Sequence record: NC_005830.1
Length of the DNA stretch: 20,869 nt
Direction: 5' to 3' (one strand)
Under the pieces are notes generated by a model that did not search any database, was not told the DNA's origin, and worked only from the letters and a program-made list of their open reading frames with translations. Made by a program: the position numbers and the translations under genes. Shown here piece after piece: positions 16,285 through 20,869 of the stretch (positions are counted from its first letter, which is position 1; every line of letters starts with the position of its first letter).

Positions 16285-17109
16285 ATGCCATTAAACCTGA
16301 AGTATTTCGTACCAGAACAGAGGTACATTATCCTAAAAACTAAAGGTGGCGGTCTAGTATCAACAGACAGAGAAGACTTAGAAATGAGAGTAAGGGATGT
16401 GCTAATCAAGTATCTAGGGAAAAACGTATACGACTCTGACCCAAGAGCCAGGCAAATAATAGACACATTATCTAGAAACTACAGAGACGTAGAAAGCTGG
16501 ATAAGGGATTCAGAATTTGTAATGAGGTCAAGGGCTATACTGAAGTACTATCCTCACGGAGACCCATATGAAGAGGTTAAGGTCATTAAGACACATAATG
16601 AGGCTACATGTTTTCCGATTGCAACATTAGCTTACTTTATAGTAACAGCTAATTGCCCTACAGGTTGTTGTGGCTGTGGTTGTCATGCAGGCTGTAACGG
16701 TTCTGTGGGTCATGCTCCATATTTAATGGTAGGTTCTGATACATCAACATTAACATACTGTTTAATGCCCAACTTAGCACAAGGGTATACCCAATCACCA
16801 TCTGCAACATCGTATTATTGGGCTACTGGAGTCCTAGGTTCAAGTCCAGGAAGTGGCGGTCAAGTCTACGCTGTAGTAACATCAACATGGAACGCTGGAG
16901 TCTTACCTAGCGGGACAATAGGTGAAGTAGGAGCGTTTCAGTTCATGATAAACCAGCTTGCTAATAGCGTAGATTACGGGACAGGAGTACCGAATCAAGG
17001 CTATGTGATGTATGCAAGGGTATCATCTGCAAGTGGTGCATTCTCCCCAATAAGCTATACCAATACTGCACCGTTCACTGCAAGCATAACACTTTATATG
17101 GCTGTATGA
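16285..17109 (+). CDS. ORF274, probable structural protein with a Cys cluster and a tail-collar/baseplate-like C-terminal domain
   Basis: CPTGCCGCGCHAGC; GTIGEVGAF...MYARV...FSPI-x-x-T...TASITL. Confidence 0.75.
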   Translation: MPLNLKYFVPEQRYIILKTKGGGLVSTDREDLEMRVRDVLIKYLGKNVYDSDPRARQIIDTLSRNYRDVESWIRDSEFVMRSRAILKYYPHGDPYEEVKVIKTHNEATCFPIATLAYFIVTANCPTGCCGCGCHAGCNGSVGHAPYLMVGSDTSTLTYCLMPNLAQGYTQSPSATSYYWATGVLGSSPGSGGQVYAVVTSTWNAGVLPSGTIGEVGAFQFMINQLANSVDYGTGVPNQGYVMYARVSSASGAFSPISYTNTAPFTASITLYMAV

Positions 17110-17132
17110 CAAACTTGATATGAGGTGAGTGC

Positions 17133-17249
17133 ATGAGAAGAATAGAGATAGAGACAGAAAGGACTACAGTTATAAGGTTAGCAGGGAAAGAACTGAAAAG
17201 GAAAAGTTGGGAAACAAGGCATAGGAACCTAGTGATAAGACATGAGTAG
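17133..17249 (+). CDS. 38-aa Arg-rich peptide
   Basis: Strong GAGGTGA SD at 17122-17128; MRRIEIETERTTVIRLAGKELKRKSWETRHRNLVIRHE; overlaps the next start codon. Confidence 0.6.
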   Translation: MRRIEIETERTTVIRLAGKELKRKSWETRHRNLVIRHE

Positions 17250-17400
17250 CACCGCTAATGCAATAGCTGATGCGTTTCTAGGCGTACTTAATGCACTTGC
17301 ACCGATAATAGAAGGTGCAACTGAAATAATCACTTTCATGGCATTGACATACGTCATGACAATGGTAATAGCAAGAATATTAGGTGGGCTGTTTGTCTGA
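17242..17400 (+). CDS. 52-aa hydrophobic membrane or structural protein
   Basis: MSSTANAIADAFLGVLNALAPIIEGATEIITFMALTYVMTMVIARILGGLFV. Confidence 0.8.
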   Translation: MSSTANAIADAFLGVLNALAPIIEGATEIITFMALTYVMTMVIARILGGLFV

Positions 17401-17635
17401 TTTCCCATCTAAACAGTTTTACAACTGGTTTAAGGAGAACTTTGGCTACACTAGACTGCAGAGACTAGATAAGTGTATAGATACATACGGTAGTCTAGAA
17501 AACTGTGTAAAAGAAATAATGACTGTTGCGTTTGACGATATAGAAAATGAACATGACTCTGTAGACGAGTTATTTTGGGGTCTAATAAAGAAGGTGATGA
17601 GCAATAAGGCTATCTCCAGTCCTGACAATAGGTAA
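17393..17635 (+). CDS. Hypothetical protein, about 80 aa
   Basis: TTG at 17393 follows a GGTGG SD; the track starts at GTG 17384. Confidence 0.65.
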   Translation: MSDFPSKQFYNWFKENFGYTRLQRLDKCIDTYGSLENCVKEIMTVAFDDIENEHDSVDELFWGLIKKVMSNKAISSPDNR

Positions 17636-17816
17636 TACATACGCATATATAGCCCAGCCCTACTTCTTTACACGTGCATTAGTAAACACAGCTTACGCAA
17701 ATGTAAGTACAAGAGTAATAGCATCACCTACTGAACTAATCATTTTGGAGAATACAGAAGGAGCAGAAGCACAGCCCGCAATGATTTTTAATGCCGTTTT
17801 AGAATATCATACTTAA
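17601..17816 (+). other. 71-codon open frame lacking a canonical start codon, with its stop coupled to ORF300
   Basis: AIRLSPVLTIGNTYAYIAQPYFFTRALVNTAYANVSTRVIASPTELIILENTEGAEAQPAMIFNAVLEYHT*; TAATG overlap at 17814-17818. Confidence 0.4.
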
Positions 17817-18718
17817 TGACCCAAATTCTGGTTAAAAACGCGTTTAGTTGGGTAAATATAGCAGAGGATGTATGTAAGTTCATTCCAAACTGTAAGCTGA
17901 CAGTTATAGACAAAGAAGCAATACCATCAGTTGAGGACACTAACGTTATATACATAGGTGACCTGATGAATGTAAAGACTATCAGTATGTTAGAAAGGAT
18001 AAAAGCAAAAAACGTGGTGTTGTGGGTAGATGAAACAAGAGTACCGAAGACAAGCTACAGTCTAAAGAACCTCAAGTACAATTATTGGATAGTACCAGTT
18101 TCACAGTGGAATAAGGAAGTATATGAAGAACATATAGGTCACACAGAAGAGATAATCCCTAGATGTACAGAATTTAGGAGAACAGAGGGAAAAAGACGCG
18201 GAAATGTGCTGTTTGGTGTAGTATCATTTACACCAGGAGTATACAAGAGATACGAAGAACTGTTACTTGCAGTAGACTATTACAGAAAAAATTACGGTGA
18301 ACTAGAGATATATGCATACGGACATACGGAAGGTCTACCTAGTTTTCCTGGTGTACATAATATGGGCAGATTAGGTAAGTCAGAAATACAGAAGCTATAC
18401 AGTATTGCAGATTTTGCTATAGAATTAGGCATAGAGGCATTTGGAATGCCATCAATAGAAGCATGGGCAATGCAAGTACCTATGCTTTACGGTAACGTAA
18501 ACGACGTGAGAAACCATGCATATGGTGTGTCTATAGACCCAGTAGACTTTGATGCTATAGATTTCGGTGAATATATACTACCAGTACCGATTTATGATGA
18601 ATATAAACTAGCAGAGAAAATAAGAGAAGTAGCAGAAATAGAAGAAGTGCCAGAACTACCAGAGAAATACAGATGCTCATATACAGCAAAAAAGCTCATA
18701 TCTTACCTAGAAGCCTAG
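17816..18718 (+). CDS. GT-B (GT4-like) glycosyltransferase, 300 aa
   Basis: E-x7-E motif EAFGMPSIEAWAMQVPML. Confidence 0.88.
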   Translation: MTQILVKNAFSWVNIAEDVCKFIPNCKLTVIDKEAIPSVEDTNVIYIGDLMNVKTISMLERIKAKNVVLWVDETRVPKTSYSLKNLKYNYWIVPVSQWNKEVYEEHIGHTEEIIPRCTEFRRTEGKRRGNVLFGVVSFTPGVYKRYEELLLAVDYYRKNYGELEIYAYGHTEGLPSFPGVHNMGRLGKSEIQKLYSIADFAIELGIEAFGMPSIEAWAMQVPMLYGNVNDVRNHAYGVSIDPVDFDAIDFGEYILPVPIYDEYKLAEKIREVAEIEEVPELPEKYRCSYTAKKLISYLEA

Positions 18719-19370
18719 TCAAGTCCACGGCAAAGTTAAGCCAACTTTTTGGTATCTTCAGTATAACTCTTTCATGAAAACCATACCCTGTGTAACCAGC
18801 TTCTACATTATAACTGTTTACCATGTAAACTGTAGGCAGTATACCTAAATTCTGACCTATTTCTTCATAGTATATCATATACTCTTCTGGGCTGTATATT
18901 ATTACGTATGTACCTAGTTCTTTCGGTTTAACTTCTATCAACTTTGCATTGTAGTTTATCAGACCTATAAAGCCATATTCTGGCACATGGACAGTTGTCT
19001 TTGGTGGCAAAGCAAAAACAAAGCCTATTGTCTCATTATTGTAGACAGAGAGAGTATACAACGGTACATCTGCAGGGTTTGTCATATATGTGGACATACC
19101 TAGCAAGTAATAGACATCCCCGAAAGCCCTACCAAATAAGTAGTCAGGTACCTTAACTATCTGCCCGTTTATATTTAACTCTGCACCTCTTATTAGACCA
19201 ACATACCTTATGTCATCAGTACCGTTTACTAAATTCCATATCATTTTCCCGTACTGACCACCAACATAAGTCCCTGTAACATATAGCTTACTTTCATTTG
19301 TCTGTTCTACTGTTATTTCATCTTCTCTTCTGCTATACGGAAAATATTTAAACGGTCTAATGGCTCTCAT
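18696..19370 (-). CDS. Hypothetical Tyr/Gly-rich beta protein, 224 aa
   Basis: ATGA-coupled downstream of acrIII-1. Confidence 0.88.
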   Translation of the reverse strand: MRAIRPFKYFPYSRREDEITVEQTNESKLYVTGTYVGGQYGKMIWNLVNGTDDIRYVGLIRGAELNINGQIVKVPDYLFGRAFGDVYYLLGMSTYMTNPADVPLYTLSVYNNETIGFVFALPPKTTVHVPEYGFIGLINYNAKLIEVKPKELGTYVIIYSPEEYMIYYEEIGQNLGILPTVYMVNSYNVEAGYTGYGFHERVILKIPKSWLNFAVDLTRLLGKI

Positions 19371-19717
19371 ACTACACTATGCACCCTGGCATAATATATT
19401 TTTATCTTACCGTCTTCAAACATTTTTGTTATTTCTTCATCTGATAGTACTTTCCCCTCTTCAAGACGCTCGGTTACAACAACAATAAAGGCTTCATCGC
19501 CGTCCTGTAACATTACTTGTATCCTGTTCTCCTTCAAGTTTGTTTGACATATTCGGTTTATCAAGTTTATAGTGCTTTTATGTCCTATTGCGTTTACTAA
19601 CTCATCTGAAGTTAAAGCACCACATAGCATTACATCTGGTATCTGGTTAAAGAACACTACTGAGTGACCTGATGCTAACATGGCTGGACTAAATCCGTTA
19701 AGGAGATACGAACCCAT
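19367..19717 (-). CDS. acrIII-1: AcrIII-1 (DUF1874) viral ring nuclease, anti-type III CRISPR
   Basis: YLLNGFS-x-x-M, GH-x-ST (H46), NR (R65), L-x-x-GD, RLEEG-x-VL (R84, E87): the DUF1874 signature. Confidence 0.92.
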   Translation of the reverse strand: MGSYLLNGFSPAMLASGHSVVFFNQIPDVMLCGALTSDELVNAIGHKSTINLINRICQTNLKENRIQVMLQDGDEAFIVVVTERLEEGKVLSDEEITKMFEDGKIKIYYARVHSVV

Positions 19718-19755
19718 GATTCATGTTTTACAAAAAACTGGTATAAAAACTTATC
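19715..19755 (-). promoter_or_regulatory. Early-type promoter of acrIII-1
   Basis: GATAAGTTTTTATAC on the minus strand is 14/15 identical to GAAAAGTTTTTATAC at 1614-1628. Confidence 0.65.
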
Positions 19756-19960
19756 CGCTACTTTTCCCTACTTTTGACCCCGTATGGAAAATGATAGCTG
19801 TTATTAACGCGACTAGAATGTATGTCCAATATTGGCACTTCAAGAGAGAGGGATTAACAAATGTGAAGAATATCATAATAAATGCAAGTATACTGTTAAT
19901 CAGATACATTATTACTTCTAGAGTGAAGTTCCCGCTTTGCATGTCAGCATGACCTTGCAT
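19751..19960 (-). CDS. Small two-TM membrane protein (63-69 aa)
   Basis: Two hydrophobic stretches; overlaps the 3' end of ORF108. Confidence 0.7.
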   Translation of the reverse strand: MQGHADMQSGNFTLEVIMYLINSILAFIMIFFTFVNPSLLKCQYWTYILVALITAIIFHTGSKVGKSSG

Positions 19961-20270
19961 ATTTTAATGTTTTCACGTTTATATAGATGCCTTCAATAAC
20001 GTAAATTATAAGCAATATTATCCCGAACGGAAACTTATCCAGACACAGAACGCCTAGAAAGCCTACAAACCCGAGCATTATACTCTCTACCGTTTCTATG
20101 TAGTTCTTACAGAAGTGTACAGTTATCAGAGTTTCATATATTATCCAACCAAAAATTATCACTGTCATTGCTATATCGATGATTGAAGAGTTGCTTGAAA
20201 TCAGAATAACAGCTAACAATGGAAACAGACCCATTATGAATCTGTCTTCATGTGTAAACCGTTGCTCCAT
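19944..20270 (-). CDS. Multi-pass membrane protein, 108 aa
   Basis: About four hydrophobic segments. Confidence 0.82.
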   Translation of the reverse strand: MEQRFTHEDRFIMGLFPLLAVILISSNSSIIDIAMTVIIFGWIIYETLITVHFCKNYIETVESIMLGFVGFLGVLCLDKFPFGIILLIIYVIEGIYINVKTLKYARSC

Positions 20271-20295
20271 GTAACCCTAATAGTTAATGACAATT

Positions 20296-20308
20296 AAAAA
20301 CAAAAAAA
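20296..20308 (-). terminator. Oligo-T terminator
   Basis: T7-G-T5 on the minus strand just after the ORF75 stop codon. Confidence 0.55.
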
Positions 20309-20313
20309 GCTTA

Positions 20314-20541
20314 TTATTCAGTGTAGTACCAAGCTAATAGTTTCGCTAATCTGTGTTCTATCTCTTTATTAATGTCACTAGTACTCATTTCCTTTTCTCT
20401 TACTTTTATTAACTCATTAACTAAGCGAAGTTCATCTGCTGGGTTTACGTCATTAAGGTCTCCTATCTTCATCCCGTTATACTTCAATATTAGACTCCCG
20501 TCTTTTTCTTCTTCTATTTCTATCTCTATTTTTGCATGCAT
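20314..20541 (-). CDS. Hypothetical protein, 75 aa; paralog of ORF95 (2897-3184)
   Basis: Carries the cassette leader; aligns by eye with ORF95. Confidence 0.85.
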   Translation of the reverse strand: MHAKIEIEIEEEKDGSLILKYNGMKIGDLNDVNPADELRLVNELIKVREKEMSTSDINKEIEHRLAKLLAWYYTE

Positions 20542-20588
20542 TTTTTTCCCCGTTTTTATATCCGTAAAGCGGATATAAAAACCTTTTC
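20539..20588 (-). promoter_or_regulatory. Early-type promoter/leader cassette with a perfect 13-bp inverted repeat
   Basis: GAAAAGGTTTTTATATCCG-CTTTA-CGGATATAAAAACGGGGAAAAAAATG; 47-nt spacing. Confidence 0.8.
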
Positions 20589-20595
20589 CTGAATT

Positions 20596-20858
20596 TTAAA
20601 CAGAACTGAACTAAACAGAACTGAACAGAACTATATAACAATAACATAACACAAAACTGAACTTAACAGAACTGAACAGATACAAACACTATAACAGAAC
20701 TAAACAGAATAGAACAGAGCAGAACAGAAACAAACAACAAAACAACACCAAACTGAACAGAACTATACAGAACAGATAAAAACACCAAACAGATAATAAC
20801 ACAACACACCACACCAACCACCAACACCACAACCATCACCAAAACCACCACCAATATA
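20596..20858 (-). repeat. Right subterminal A/C-rich array (AACAG, AACTG, ACC), the mirror of the left array
   Basis: Repeated AACAGAACTG units grade into CCA/CAC units towards the end. Confidence 0.9.
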
Positions 20859-20860
20859 GT

Positions 20861-20869
20861 TCCCCCCCG
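20861..20869 (-). repeat. Right inverted terminal repeat
   Basis: TCCCCCCCG is the reverse complement of positions 1-9. Confidence 0.95.

Larger units (their letters stand above)
1..20869. mobile_element. Complete linear genome of an archaeal filamentous virus (AFV1 or near-identical)
   Basis: Both ends carry CGGGGGGGA in inverted orientation. Paralogous capsid proteins, AcrIII-1, GT4 and Cas4-like genes are typical of Ligamenvirales. Length and ORF sizes match my recollection of AFV1. Confidence 0.95.

Noticed and set aside
13574-16466. Minus-strand ORFs within ORF807, ORF307 and ORF274
   Set aside because: Antisense shadows without independent expression signals.
19680-19952. 90-aa plus-strand ORF
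   Set aside because: Antisense to acrIII-1, its promoter and the two-TM gene; no clear SD or motif.
20596-20858. Terminal repeats as a CRISPR or mini-CRISPR array
   Set aside because: The units are 5-10-nt degenerate motifs with no constant 24-47-nt repeat and no unique spacers.

Overview
The window appears to be a complete linear dsDNA genome of a filamentous crenarchaeal virus. It is almost certainly Acidianus filamentous virus 1 (AFV1, order Ligamenvirales), recognised from memory rather than by database search. The evidence is the 20,869-bp length, the CGGGGGGGA inverted termini with T/G-rich pentamer arrays, and two paralogous SIRV2-fold capsid genes (132 and 140 aa). It carries about 45 tightly packed ORFs. 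These form a left early-gene region, a central SSB / AAA+ ATPase / Cas4-like cluster, capsid genes, two GT4 glycosyltransferases, a probable terminal-structure operon and an AcrIII-1 ring nuclease. No DNA polymerase, integrase, methyltransferase, RNA gene or CRISPR array is recognisable. The main leads are: (i) a repeated BRE-TATA/leader cassette with near-fixed spacing that marks acrIII-1 and several unknown genes, including a paralog pair (95 aa and 75 aa); (ii) a minimal AEP-primase-like ORF just upstream of the SSB-ATPase-Cas4 cluster; (iii) an RHH / HicB-like / RHH triplet; (iv) a hidden antisense 70-aa membrane gene paralogous to a 52-aa gene; (v) a phage tail-collar-like domain in ORF274; and (vi) apparent absence of GATC, GGCC, CCGG and GCGC. 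All family assignments come from motif reading by eye and need HMM or structure confirmation.
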